Of a stretch of DNA of 64,000 bases, positions 31,428 to 40,189 are shown piece by piece. The notes under the pieces were generated by a model, which saw only the letters and a list, made by a program, of their open reading frames with translations, was not told the DNA's origin and ran no database searches. The DNA lies in assembly GCF_016901225.1 (NCBI RefSeq), contig NZ_JAFEUL010000001.1:174773-238772 (forward strand). Direction: 5' to 3'. Within the stretch, counting starts at the first letter, position 1; each line of letters opens with the position of its first letter. This DNA is from Actibacterium sp. 188UL27-1 (GTDB lineage Bacteria; Pseudomonadota; Alphaproteobacteria; Rhodobacterales; Rhodobacteraceae). The translations under genes were made by a program, and so were the position numbers.

Positions 31428-32573
31428 ATGACCAAAATCGAACGCATGATTAAATCGCTGCTTGGCTACAAACGCCTCATCATTTCCGAGACCGAACGCG
31501 CCCTGGTGCTGGACAAGGGACGTTTGACCACGATCCTGACCCCGGGTGAACACTGGATCAAACGTGATGGGACCGAGGTGACGATCTATCAGGTCAATGA
31601 TCTTGAGTTCCAATCGTCCTATGAGGCCGCTTTGTTCCGCGAAAAGCCCGATTTGGCCGCGCAGCACCTGACGGACATCCGCACCGGGTCTGACGAGGTC
31701 GCCATCGTATCCCTCGACGCGGCTGCCCACCGGGTGATGGGACCCGATAAGCGGCTGATCTTTTGGACTGATGCCGGAGCTTGGACGGTCGAACGGTTGT
31801 CCCTGGTCGACGGGCACGGGATTGCGCCGAAGCTTGCACAACGGCTGATGCGCGCCGGATTGACGCCCAAGATGACCTCGACCGAGGTTAGCGACGGGAA
31901 GGTCGGTTTGCTGAGCGTCGATGGCGTGTTTCAGCGCAAGCTGGAGCCGGGGACCTACTGGTTCTGGAATGTCGGGCGCAAGCACCTGGTCAAGCTGGTG
32001 GACATCCGCTGGCAGGCGCATGAGGTCACGGGGCAGGAGATCCTGACCAAGGACCGCGTCACGATCCGGGTCAACCTGACGGCGGAGTATCGCGTGACCG
32101 ATCCGGTCAAGGCGGCGACGGCGGTGAAGGACTTTGTCGAGGCGCTGCACCGCGCGCTTCAACTGGCCTTTCGCAAGACGCTGGGCGCCCTGACGCTGGA
32201 CAAGTTGCTGGCGGATAAGGTGTCGGTCGATGCCGAGGCGGCCGGTCAGGTCCGGACCGAGATGGCCGAGATCGGGATCGAGGTCGGCGAGATTGCGTTG
32301 AAAGACGTGATCCTGCCGGGCGAGATGCGCGAGATCCTGAACCAGGTGGTCGCGGCGGAAAAGCAGGCCGAGGCCAACGTGATCCGGCGCCGTGAGGAAA
32401 CGAACGCAACGCGTTCGCTTTTGAACACGGCCAAGGTCATGGCCGAGAACCCGGTGATGTTGCGGCTGAAGGAGCTTGAGGCCTTGGAGGCCATCGCCGG
32501 GAAAGTCGAACGCCTGACCGTGCACAACGGGACAGAGGGTCTGATGTCTGACATCGTCCGTCTGCGCGACTAA
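31428..32573 (+). CDS. SPFH/Band 7 domain protein (slipin-like) with N-terminal extension
   Basis: SPFH core ...VDIRWQAHEVTGQEILTKDRVTIRVNLTAEYRVTDPVKA... plus a coiled-coil C-terminal region. Confidence 0.8.
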   Translation: MTKIERMIKSLLGYKRLIISETERALVLDKGRLTTILTPGEHWIKRDGTEVTIYQVNDLEFQSSYEAALFREKPDLAAQHLTDIRTGSDEVAIVSLDAAAHRVMGPDKRLIFWTDAGAWTVERLSLVDGHGIAPKLAQRLMRAGLTPKMTSTEVSDGKVGLLSVDGVFQRKLEPGTYWFWNVGRKHLVKLVDIRWQAHEVTGQEILTKDRVTIRVNLTAEYRVTDPVKAATAVKDFVEALHRALQLAFRKTLGALTLDKLLADKVSVDAEAAGQVRTEMAEIGIEVGEIALKDVILPGEMREILNQVVAAEKQAEANVIRRREETNATRSLLNTAKVMAENPVMLRLKELEALEAIAGKVERLTVHNGTEGLMSDIVRLRD

Positions 32574-32639
32574 AAACAGGGCCAATCCGTCAGGATCGGG
32601 TTGGCCCATCGCATGTTTCCAGCGTGATGCGGCCTAAAC

Positions 32640-32790
32640 TTCCGTTTAGCACCGGCTCTATGCTGGATAATCGTGCATGCCAAATTGTCATTCCCCCTCG
32701 TCAAATCGGGTCATTTCCGTCTAAACTGCCGTTTAACGCGTTCAATTAAGAGTTTAGCAGCTGGGCGTTAAACCTTTGGCGAATGGAGAT
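32640..32790. repeat. AT-rich intergenic region with repeated GTTTAGC / GTTTAAC(G) motifs
   Basis: The motifs ccgtttagcacc, ctaaactgccgtttaacgcg and gagtttagcagctgggcgttaaacc occur within about 150 bp, upstream of the acidic-protein genes. Confidence 0.35.
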
Positions 32791-32810
32791 TTTTACCAGC
32801 CAGTGCTTCT

Positions 32811-33071
32811 TTGTTATATCTACTCACGGATGCGGGCACCCAGATCAAGAACGGACAGCTTGTCATCAAAGGGCGCGCAACAGTTTTCGCCTTAGCCCTC
32901 CTTCTTGGATACACTGCGCAGGCGGGATTGGCGGTGGATGGCCCGCGACAGGCAGGGCGCATCCAGGTCGAATTGGCCAGCGTCGGCGCCCTGCTTGGTG
33001 ACCACGACCATGACCGCGGTCGCGACGACGACGATCGTAGTGGAGATGACGATGACGACGAAAATGATTAA
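32811..33071 (+). CDS. Possible small protein with Asp-rich C-terminal tail (no ATG; TTG/GTG start only)
   Basis: Ends ...LLGDHDHDRGRDDDDRSGDDDDDEND, resembling the tail of the next gene. The start signal is weak, so this may be a degenerate duplicate. Confidence 0.25.
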   Translation: MLYLLTDAGTQIKNGQLVIKGRATVFALALLLGYTAQAGLAVDGPRQAGRIQVELASVGALLGDHDHDRGRDDDDRSGDDDDDEND

Positions 33072-33152
33072 ACTGACGCGGGATTGCGTCTGTAGGACAG
33101 TCCAACCGCCTTTGACAAGTAAGGTGAGGATTGCGTCATCCCGGGACTGCCC

Positions 33153-33572
33153 ATGTTGAAGCGTCTGTTGATCGTCTTTGTTCTGGCCTTCGCCATTCCC
33201 GCGCCGATGGTGGCGCAGGCACAAAGCGGTGTCTCCCAGATCGAACGGCAATTGCAATCGCAGGGCTACACCTCAATCCGGGCCAGCCGCACGATACTGG
33301 GTCGCATTCGTATTGTGGCCATGCGGGGAGATACCACGCGCGAGATCGTCTATAATCCGTCTACCGGTGTCATCATGCGCGACTTTTCCCGCCGTCGCGG
33401 CGGTGGTAGCAGCGCAACAATATTGGATCCGGGAGATGACGACACCGGCAATCGTAGCCAAAGTGGCGGTCGGTCTGCGGGTGGTCGCGACGATGATGAC
33501 GATGACGACGATGATGACGATGGCGGCGACGATGATGGCGGCGACGATGGCGATGATGACGGCGACGATTGA
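33153..33572 (+). CDS. Secreted PepSY-like domain protein with poly-Asp/Gly C-terminal tail
   Basis: Signal peptide MLKRLLIVFVLAFAIPAPMVAQAQ, a PepSY-like core (GYTSIRASRTILGRIRIVAMRGDTTREIVYNPSTGVIMRDF), then about 45 residues dominated by D/G. Confidence 0.6.
   Translation: MLKRLLIVFVLAFAIPAPMVAQAQSGVSQIERQLQSQGYTSIRASRTILGRIRIVAMRGDTTREIVYNPSTGVIMRDFSRRRGGGSSATILDPGDDDTGNRSQSGGRSAGGRDDDDDDDDDDDGGDDDGGDDGDDDGDD
33486..33569 (+). repeat. GAY-codon (Asp) microsatellite-like tract encoding the poly-Asp tail
   Basis: gacgatgatgacgatgacgacgatgatgacgatggcggcgacgatgatggcggcgacgat... A shorter tract lies at 33008-33068. Confidence 0.6.
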
Positions 33573-33587
33573 TTGCGGTATCCGATC

Positions 33588-34112
33588 ATGACTAGCCCCT
33601 ATATCCTGGCTGCCGTCCTAATCATCCAAGTCTTTTGCGCCATCTTCTTTGTGTCTGACATCCTGATCTCGATCCTGGGATTGCCCATTGGGCCGATCAA
33701 CTGGCAAGTGCATGAATTCATTGAGATCGGAGCAGCCCTTGGTCTAATCCTCGGGGTTGTCGTTGGGTTACTGGCGGTGCGTCAGGCCCGGCGGCGAACG
33801 GCCCGCGTTGAAGATCAGCTTCGCGCCGCGTCCGGTGCATTCCTGGAATTGCTGGAAGAGCGGTTCGCCACCTGGGGTCTGACGCCTGCGGAACGCGATG
33901 TTGCGCTGTTCGCGATCAAGGGCATGACAACCCAGGAAATCGCTAATTTGCGGTCCACGTCCGAAGGAACGGTCAAGGCGCAGACCAATGCGATCTATCG
34001 CAAGGCAGGTGTGAGCGGCCGGCCCCAATTGCTGAGCTTGTTCATTGATGATCTGATGGACGATGCCTTGGCACCGGCTCGCGCGTCACAACTGGCCGTC
34101 GCTGTAAAATAG
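33588..34112 (+). CDS. Membrane-anchored LuxR/GerE-family transcriptional regulator
   Basis: Two N-terminal TM helices are followed by the C-terminal HTH LTPAERDVALFAIKGMTTQEIANLRSTSEGTVKAQTNAIYRKAGV. It starts right after the PepSY gene stop. Confidence 0.7.
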   Translation: MTSPYILAAVLIIQVFCAIFFVSDILISILGLPIGPINWQVHEFIEIGAALGLILGVVVGLLAVRQARRRTARVEDQLRAASGAFLELLEERFATWGLTPAERDVALFAIKGMTTQEIANLRSTSEGTVKAQTNAIYRKAGVSGRPQLLSLFIDDLMDDALAPARASQLAVAVK

Positions 34113-34115
34113 CGC

Positions 34116-35378
34116 CTAGCGGACCGGTGGTTGAATTAGGAAAGCTCTGAAATCATTGACATTCGTGAGGGTCGGACCGGTCACGATCTGTGCCGTCGTC
34201 TTTTCAAAGAATGTGTGTCCATCATTGCGGTCCAGCGCCGATTGCGGGTCAATTCCGGTGTCCTTGGCGCGTTTGAGGATATCGGGCCCGATCAAGGCGC
34301 CTGCAACTTCCGCCGCGCCATCGACGCCATCGGTATCGCAGGCCATGGCCCATATTCCGGGTGCGGCTTGCAAGGAAATGGCGGCAGACAGCATCGCCTC
34401 TGCATTCGGGCCGCCGACACCGTCACCGCGGCGGGTCACTGTGCATTCGCCGCCTGACAACAGCAGGATCGGCGCGTCACCCGACGTCATGCGGGCTTGT
34501 AGGCCAAGCGCCATCCGGGCCTGTTCAGCCCCAAGATCGCGGGCTTCTCCTTCAAGGTCATCGGCCAGGATGCGGACGTCATACCCGTCCGCTTTGGCAA
34601 GTTCGGCCGCGGCGTCCAGCGACTGCGACGGTGCGGCGATGATGCGGGTGTCGCAGGTGGCCAGCCGCACATCACCGGGCTGCACGACGCCAGTTTGTCC
34701 GGCCAGAACGGCCTTGGCGCTGGGTGGCAGATCAATCGCCCAACGGTCGACAATGGCAAGCGCATCCTGCGGGGTCGACGGGTCAGCGACCGTCGGGCCG
34801 CTCGCGATGAAGGCCGGATCATCCCCCGCCACGTCCGAGATTGTCAGCGTCAGCATCCGCGCAGGATGTGCTGCCACTGCCAATTGTCCCCCCTTTACCG
34901 CGCTCAGATGTTTGCGCACGATGTTCATCTGGTTGATCGGCGCTCCGGACACCAAGAGCGCCTGATTGATCTGCTGCTTTTCCGACAAGGTCATGTCCCC
35001 GGCCGGCGCACAGAGCAGTGCAGAGCCCCCCCCCGATATCAGGGCAAGAACAAAATCGTCCGGCCCAAGACCATCCAGTATATCAAGCAGTTCGCGGGTG
35101 GCATCGACGCCTGCCTGGTCGGGCACGGGATGCGCGGCCTCGACGATGCGAATGCCCTGGCAGGGTCTTGCATATCCATAGCGCGTGATCACCAGCCCGT
35201 CGCAAGGCCCCCAGACCTGCTCCACCGCCTCGGCCATCCTGGCAGAGGCTTTGCCTGCCCCGATCACCACGACGCGGCCGGTTGGTTTCGGCGGCAAGGC
35301 CGCGGATATGCAAGCCATGGGGTCCGCGGCTTTGACCGCCTCGTCAAACATCCGGCGCAACAGATCCGGCGGCGTCAT
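34116..35378 (-). CDS. Glycerate kinase (MOFRL family, glycerate 2-kinase-like)
   Basis: A 420-aa DUF4147+MOFRL architecture with an N-terminal RVVVIGAGKASARMA motif. Confidence 0.75.
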   Translation of the reverse strand: MTPPDLLRRMFDEAVKAADPMACISAALPPKPTGRVVVIGAGKASARMAEAVEQVWGPCDGLVITRYGYARPCQGIRIVEAAHPVPDQAGVDATRELLDILDGLGPDDFVLALISGGGSALLCAPAGDMTLSEKQQINQALLVSGAPINQMNIVRKHLSAVKGGQLAVAAHPARMLTLTISDVAGDDPAFIASGPTVADPSTPQDALAIVDRWAIDLPPSAKAVLAGQTGVVQPGDVRLATCDTRIIAAPSQSLDAAAELAKADGYDVRILADDLEGEARDLGAEQARMALGLQARMTSGDAPILLLSGGECTVTRRGDGVGGPNAEAMLSAAISLQAAPGIWAMACDTDGVDGAAEVAGALIGPDILKRAKDTGIDPQSALDRNDGHTFFEKTTAQIVTGPTLTNVNDFRAFLIQPPVR

Positions 35379-35752
35379 CCGAGTGTTCCGCCATGTTCTT
35401 TCAACACATCGAGCGGCACGATGTCCAAGGCCTTCTTGTGGGTCGCAGCCAGATTCACATGGGGGGCCACCCCCTCATCATGGGCCTGCAAGAACCGGCC
35501 CGCGCACAGGCACCAATGATCGCCTGGTTTCAGACCCGGAAAGCTGAATTCGGGCCGGGGTGTGGACAGGTCGTTGCCGACATATTTGGAATAGGCCAGA
35601 AACTCCGCCGTCATGACAGCGCAAACCGTATGGCTGCCGGCATCCTCAAAGCAGGTATCGCAAGATCCATTGCGAAAAAATCCGGTGACCGGATCCAGCG
35701 AGCATGGCATCAATGTGCCACCCAGAACGTTGGTCGATGCCTCTTTTTCCAT
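35375..35752 (-). CDS. DUF2237 family protein
   Basis: MEKEASTNVLGGTLMPCSLDPVTGFFRNGSCDTCFEDAGSHTVCAVMT... Start chosen at M65 of the track ORF. Confidence 0.6.
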   Translation of the reverse strand: MEKEASTNVLGGTLMPCSLDPVTGFFRNGSCDTCFEDAGSHTVCAVMTAEFLAYSKYVGNDLSTPRPEFSFPGLKPGDHWCLCAGRFLQAHDEGVAPHVNLAATHKKALDIVPLDVLKEHGGTLG

Positions 35753-35820
35753 TCCAGCTTCCCTTTGCGTTCGGTCGGGCATGGACAATATGCAAAGCAT
35801 ACATATCCCATACATACGAT

Positions 35821-36867
35821 TTACAGTTCCGTGGGCCCAGTCCAGTCCAGCCAACGCCCGTGAAAATCCACCCGTGCCAATTCGCATGGCCCTCCTCCGG
35901 GCCAGATCTGCGCGGTAAGGGCCGCACCGCGGCCCGAATCCCACTCCATCGAGATATGAGCGAGCGGTTGACCTGATGTGGCGCGTTCACCGGCCTTGGC
36001 CAGAAGATCTGCACCGCGGGCTTGCAAGGCTTCCGGGAAATACTGCCAGGCGATGGTGTGATAGATGACCCGGGTTTCGCCCTCTTGCGGGCGGCTGAGT
36101 ACATTTGCCAGCCATTCGATGGCATCGCCGCGATTTATGTGCGCGGGATGGGCCGCGGCTATTTGCATCGCGGCCTCTGTGCGCTCCATCCTGTCAAGCT
36201 GATCTGCCCAAAGGTAAGCGCGCAGGCGCAATTGATCGTCTGGATTGGTCGGGTCAAGCGGGTTCAGGTCGACCCCGCGCCGTGTCGTGATGCGTAAATC
36301 CGCAGGGGACGGGGCCGGTCCGGTCCAGTCGGGCGCGAGCTTGATCGGACTGTCTGCTGGGCCGAAATGTGCGTTGCCTGCGATCAGGTGGAACTGGTCG
36401 GCGCGCAGGTTCAACCCTCCACTGGTTCCCAGCTCATGCAGTGCCAGTGGCAGACCGGTTGCCCGGGCTACCATGTGAAAGGCGGGGATCAGAGCGGTAG
36501 AGCGGCGCACTTCGTTGGTCTGCGGAGCGTGGTCGAGCCACGCCATGAACCAGGCCTTATGCCGCGTCAGCGCGGTCTCTACCGCTGCCCATAGTGCATC
36601 ATCGGTTGCGTCGTGGGGTGGGAAGACAGCCTTCAGGTCCGCATCGGCCTTGTTCAGGACCAGGGCATGCAATCCCCCACCGATGCGCAGCGGCACGCTC
36701 GCTCCGCCGGCGCTGGTATTGCCGGGCCAAGTCAGAATGCGGTCGGCCACGGACGTGCCTGGGGTCAGGCGCTCTGCAAAAAGTGCCATCAACCGTCCCA
36801 TGAACGACGAGCCCAGTTTGGTGCAGCCGATGGACTGATCCGCGAAATCCTTAAGGATGTCCGTCAT
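35821..36867 (-). CDS. DUF2332 family protein
   Basis: A 348-aa conserved hypothetical protein overlapping the downstream pth start by 4 nt. Confidence 0.5.
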   Translation of the reverse strand: MTDILKDFADQSIGCTKLGSSFMGRLMALFAERLTPGTSVADRILTWPGNTSAGGASVPLRIGGGLHALVLNKADADLKAVFPPHDATDDALWAAVETALTRHKAWFMAWLDHAPQTNEVRRSTALIPAFHMVARATGLPLALHELGTSGGLNLRADQFHLIAGNAHFGPADSPIKLAPDWTGPAPSPADLRITTRRGVDLNPLDPTNPDDQLRLRAYLWADQLDRMERTEAAMQIAAAHPAHINRGDAIEWLANVLSRPQEGETRVIYHTIAWQYFPEALQARGADLLAKAGERATSGQPLAHISMEWDSGRGAALTAQIWPGGGPCELARVDFHGRWLDWTGPTEL

Positions 36868-37550
36868 CGGAAGCGATCCGCAAGGCGCTGCAGCGCGGTT
36901 CGGTTGTCCGGATGGTCCGGTGTTTCGGGCGCGGCGGTTTCGGCCCGTGCCGCCGATTTTGGCTGCGTGGTCGAGGAGCGCGGCGGGTTGAGGCGCAAGG
37001 CAACGGCATTCATGAACCGTCCCGCATCCCCCCGGGCCAGGTCAGCTGCGCCATCGCTGATCCCGCGCATCAGATCGTCCAGCCAATCGTCATCCGCCTT
37101 GGGAAAATCGCGTAACACATAGCCCGGCACGGCATCCTTGTGGCCCGGATGCCCAACGCCCAGCCGCACCCGACCATACCCGTCGCCAAGATGGGCGTGG
37201 ATCGAGCGTAACCCATTATGGCCCGCATGGCCGCCTCCCTGCTTGACCTTCACCTTTTGGGGCGCCAGGTCGATCTCGTCATGGAACACCATGATGTCGG
37301 CGGGTGATACCTTGTAAAACCGGGCGGTCTCGCCGACGGATTGACCGGATTTGTTCATGAAAGTCTGGGGCTTGAGTAGCAGGGTTTTTGTGCCGCCCAG
37401 GGTGCCTTCGGCCGTTTGTCCCTGAAACTTCGCACGCCAGGGGCTAAAGCCGTGATCGGATGCAATCCGGTCCAGGGCCATGAAACCGACATTGTGCCGG
37501 TTGCGGGCATATTTGGCCCCGGGATTGCCGAGGCCCACGAAAAGACGCAT
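36864..37550 (-). CDS. pth: Peptidyl-tRNA hydrolase
   Basis: MRLFVGLGNPGAKYARNRHNVGFMALD... with the alphaproteobacterial C-terminal extension. Confidence 0.9.
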   Translation of the reverse strand: MRLFVGLGNPGAKYARNRHNVGFMALDRIASDHGFSPWRAKFQGQTAEGTLGGTKTLLLKPQTFMNKSGQSVGETARFYKVSPADIMVFHDEIDLAPQKVKVKQGGGHAGHNGLRSIHAHLGDGYGRVRLGVGHPGHKDAVPGYVLRDFPKADDDWLDDLMRGISDGAADLARGDAGRFMNAVALRLNPPRSSTTQPKSAARAETAAPETPDHPDNRTALQRLADRFR

Positions 37551-37608
37551 GGGGCCGGTCCTCTTACTCACGGGCGTTTTAGCCGTTGCGCGGGTGAAAA
37601 GACCAGAG

Positions 37609-38532
37609 CTACCGACGGATGAAGATAGCCGCGAGGGATCGTGCCCAAAGGAGCGCTGCCAGTGGGCCAGCGGTCAGGATCAGCCAGGCATTGGCTTCAT
37701 ATCCCGTTCGCGGGGTCGTCGCCGCCACGTAGGCGGCCAAGGCCGTGGCTGGCAGGATCAGGCTGGTCGCATAGCGTTTGAGGGGAATGCGGTCTCGTTC
37801 AAGCCTTGACAGTATGGCCAGCTTTCCCGTGCCGCGTTGGGCGTGGAGCGCCCAGATCGATACGCCGACCAGGGGCAGAAACGCCAACGAAACGGGAAAG
37901 GCCGCCAAAAGCGGTTGCAGGAGATAGGCGAGACCGGCAAGGCCGAGCCAGAGCTGATATTCGTGGTGGCCCGAAGGCAGATGCAGGGGGGCGAGCCGAT
38001 CCAGCAGAAAATGTCCCAGCATGAAAGCGCCGTACCCGACCAGGAACTGGGCACCAAAGGTTTCCACCGGAGCCCAGCCCAGCCCGGAACTGTTCCAGAT
38101 ATACCCGCCCCAGATACCCAGGCCCGTACCGATGACCGCATTCAGGCTGGCCGCCCAGATCCAGCCACCCCTGGCCATGATCCGACGATAGAGGATCAAG
38201 CCAACGCAAACGGTAAGAAGCGCATGCCAGGCCAGGCTTGTCCACAGGATGGTGAAGGGAAGCGACCGGTAAAGCTCGGTCACCGGAACACCCTCCGCGA
38301 TGAACCCGAACAGCCCCGCCGCCGCGAACAATCCGGCAATGCCCCCCACCCGGAACCGGGCCAGGCTGATCGCAAAAATCAGACCCATCAGGCCATAAAC
38401 CGCCCCGAGTTCGACCAGAGCCGGGGTCAGCGCCATAGGATAGAACCACAATTCGGAAAAGCTGACGGTTATCAGGCCAAGCGCGGTGATGAGGATCACC
38501 CGGTGAAGAAGGCCTGTGAAGAGTGTGATCAT
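37609..38532 (-). CDS. Polytopic integral membrane protein, hypothetical
   Basis: About 9 predicted TM helices. Start MITLFTG at 38532 with an excellent SD (GGGAGGGGTC-ATG). Confidence 0.6.
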   Translation of the reverse strand: MITLFTGLLHRVILITALGLITVSFSELWFYPMALTPALVELGAVYGLMGLIFAISLARFRVGGIAGLFAAAGLFGFIAEGVPVTELYRSLPFTILWTSLAWHALLTVCVGLILYRRIMARGGWIWAASLNAVIGTGLGIWGGYIWNSSGLGWAPVETFGAQFLVGYGAFMLGHFLLDRLAPLHLPSGHHEYQLWLGLAGLAYLLQPLLAAFPVSLAFLPLVGVSIWALHAQRGTGKLAILSRLERDRIPLKRYATSLILPATALAAYVAATTPRTGYEANAWLILTAGPLAALLWARSLAAIFIRR

Positions 38533-38574
38533 GACCCCTCCCGCATGCATGTCGGTTGTAGAAAGCACAGCACC

Positions 38575-38605
38575 AAAGAAAAAGGGGCGCCACCGGCGCC
38601 CCCTT
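38575..38605 (-). terminator. Rho-independent terminator downstream of rplY
   Basis: The minus-strand reads GGGGCGCCGGTGGCGCCCC followed by TTTTTCTTT. Confidence 0.6.
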
Positions 38606-38629
38606 CGATTGGCAGTGATCGGTGCAAAC

Positions 38630-39268
38630 TCAGCTTTCCGCTGGCGTCTCTTCGCCTTCGACTGCTTCATCGCCATCTTCGTTATCCGACGAGCGCAGAC
38701 CGGACGGCGCGGTGATGTTGGCGATCACGAAATCGCGGTCAATGGTCGGTTTGGCGCCCGAGGGCAGTTCCACCATCGAGATTGTGGCCGTGTCGCCCAC
38801 ATTCATCTCCGACACATCCACCGTGATCTTTTCAGGGATATCACCCGCAGTCACGACCAGTTCGACTTCGGGCCGCACGGCCGTCAGAACGCCACCGCGT
38901 TTGATGCCGGGTGACACCTCTTCACCCACGAATTCAACTGGGATAAACAGGTTGATCTTAGTGGTGCGGCGCAGGCGCATGAAATCGACATGGGTCGGCA
39001 AATCCTTGACCACGTCACGCTGCACGTTGCGGCAGATGACGCGGACATCATCTTGGCCCTCGACCTTCATGTTGAACAATGTCGACAAAAAGCGACCTGC
39101 CTTGAGGCGCTTCATCAGCACATTGAAGGGGATGTTGATGGGCAGCGGATCAGTGCCGCCGCCATAAACGATGCCAGGTACGTGCCCGTCGCGGCGAGCT
39201 TGACGGGCGGCCCCCTTGCCTGTCCCCGTCCGTGCCGTGGCGACGAGATCCGGGATCTCTTCAGCCAT
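38630..39268 (-). CDS. rplY: 50S ribosomal protein L25/general stress protein Ctc
   Basis: A 212-aa protein of the L25/Ctc family with an acidic C-terminal tail. Confidence 0.9.
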   Translation of the reverse strand: MAEEIPDLVATARTGTGKGAARQARRDGHVPGIVYGGGTDPLPINIPFNVLMKRLKAGRFLSTLFNMKVEGQDDVRVICRNVQRDVVKDLPTHVDFMRLRRTTKINLFIPVEFVGEEVSPGIKRGGVLTAVRPEVELVVTAGDIPEKITVDVSEMNVGDTATISMVELPSGAKPTIDRDFVIANITAPSGLRSSDNEDGDEAVEGEETPAES

Positions 39269-39599
39269 GGTAATTCTCCTAAATTATGGGCTTCCTCCAA
39301 GGGTGTAGGCCCGGTGTGAGCAGTGGCATATAGGCGGCTTTGCCCCGTTTGGGAAGGGGCTATTTAGGCGTCGACGTCACGATCGCACCATCCGGAAAGA
39401 CCCGGTTCCAGTGCAAGATGCGGTGATGGGCGCGCAAGCCGGTTGGCAGAAAGGATCGGCGCGGATCAAAGCCTCCAGCCGGTCAATGTCAGGTGGCCTG
39501 GACCAACCACATCCCACCGGCGGCGGTCTGGCCGTCAAAAAGTGGCCCTGCCGCTCAGATCTCCCCTGCGTTGGGTTAGTCCGACGGTCCCGTCATCGG

Positions 39600-40164
39600 C
39601 TTCGCGAGCGTGACAGCAGGGCCAGTATTGATCAACCTGCTATTGGTACCAGCACTTGCCCTTTTGCCGAAGCGGCACTCTGACCTGACGGTCGATCTGG
39701 TGCCCGAGGCGCGGGATTTGTCCCTGACACGGCGCGAAGCCGACCTGGCATTGCGGCTTGCCACCCGCATATCGGCGGAAGCAGTGTCAAGGTGCGTCAT
39801 CTGGGTGATCTGAGCTTTGCGCTTTATGCCCGTGCGGATCTGGATGCCGCGGACCTGAACATCATCGGGTACGAGGCCGCGCGGGCCTCTGGCCCAGGCG
39901 CGTTGGAGCGCTGGGCAGGGCGCAAGAGCGGTGATTCGGATCAGTGATTTGGAAACCGCCCACCACGCTGTCTGCGCCGGTTTAGACAAGGTGCTGCTGC
40001 CGACCGCAATGGCCCGGACCAACCCCAGATTGGTGCAATACGATATGCCAGATGGGTCACCGTCGCCCACACGCCCCATTTGGCTGTTGCGTCATGTCGA
40101 TCAGGCGGGGGATCCCGCTGTTGAGGCGGTGATCGACTGGCTCGACCCCCTCAGTTTTTGTTAG
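39600..40164 (+). pseudogene. LysR-family regulator remnant (effector-binding domain only, split across frames)
   Basis: Fragments VLINLLLVPALALLPKRHSDLTVDLV...ADLALRLA (frame 1) and IRISDLETAHHAVCAGLDKVLLPTAMA...IDWLDP (frame 2) correspond to a LysR C-terminal domain. No HTH or intact ORF is present. Confidence 0.5.
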
Positions 40165-40189
40165 CTGGGCACATTAGGGAGCAGGTGAA

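Noticed and set aside
31425-32609. 394-aa minus-strand ORF
   Set aside because: It is antisense to the SPFH-domain gene, an R/L/Q-rich translation typical of GC-rich antisense frames.
32640-32790. CtrA-box (TTAA-N7-TTAAC) interpretation of the AT-rich repeats
   Set aside because: The spacing between TTAA elements is 9 nt rather than 7 in the best candidate, so it does not fit the canonical box. It is kept only as a generic repeated motif.
33350-33589. Poly-Ser ORF (SSSPSSPPSSS...) on the minus strand
   Set aside because: It is simply the reverse complement of the GAY (Asp) codon tract, which belongs to the plus-strand PepSY/acidic-tail gene.
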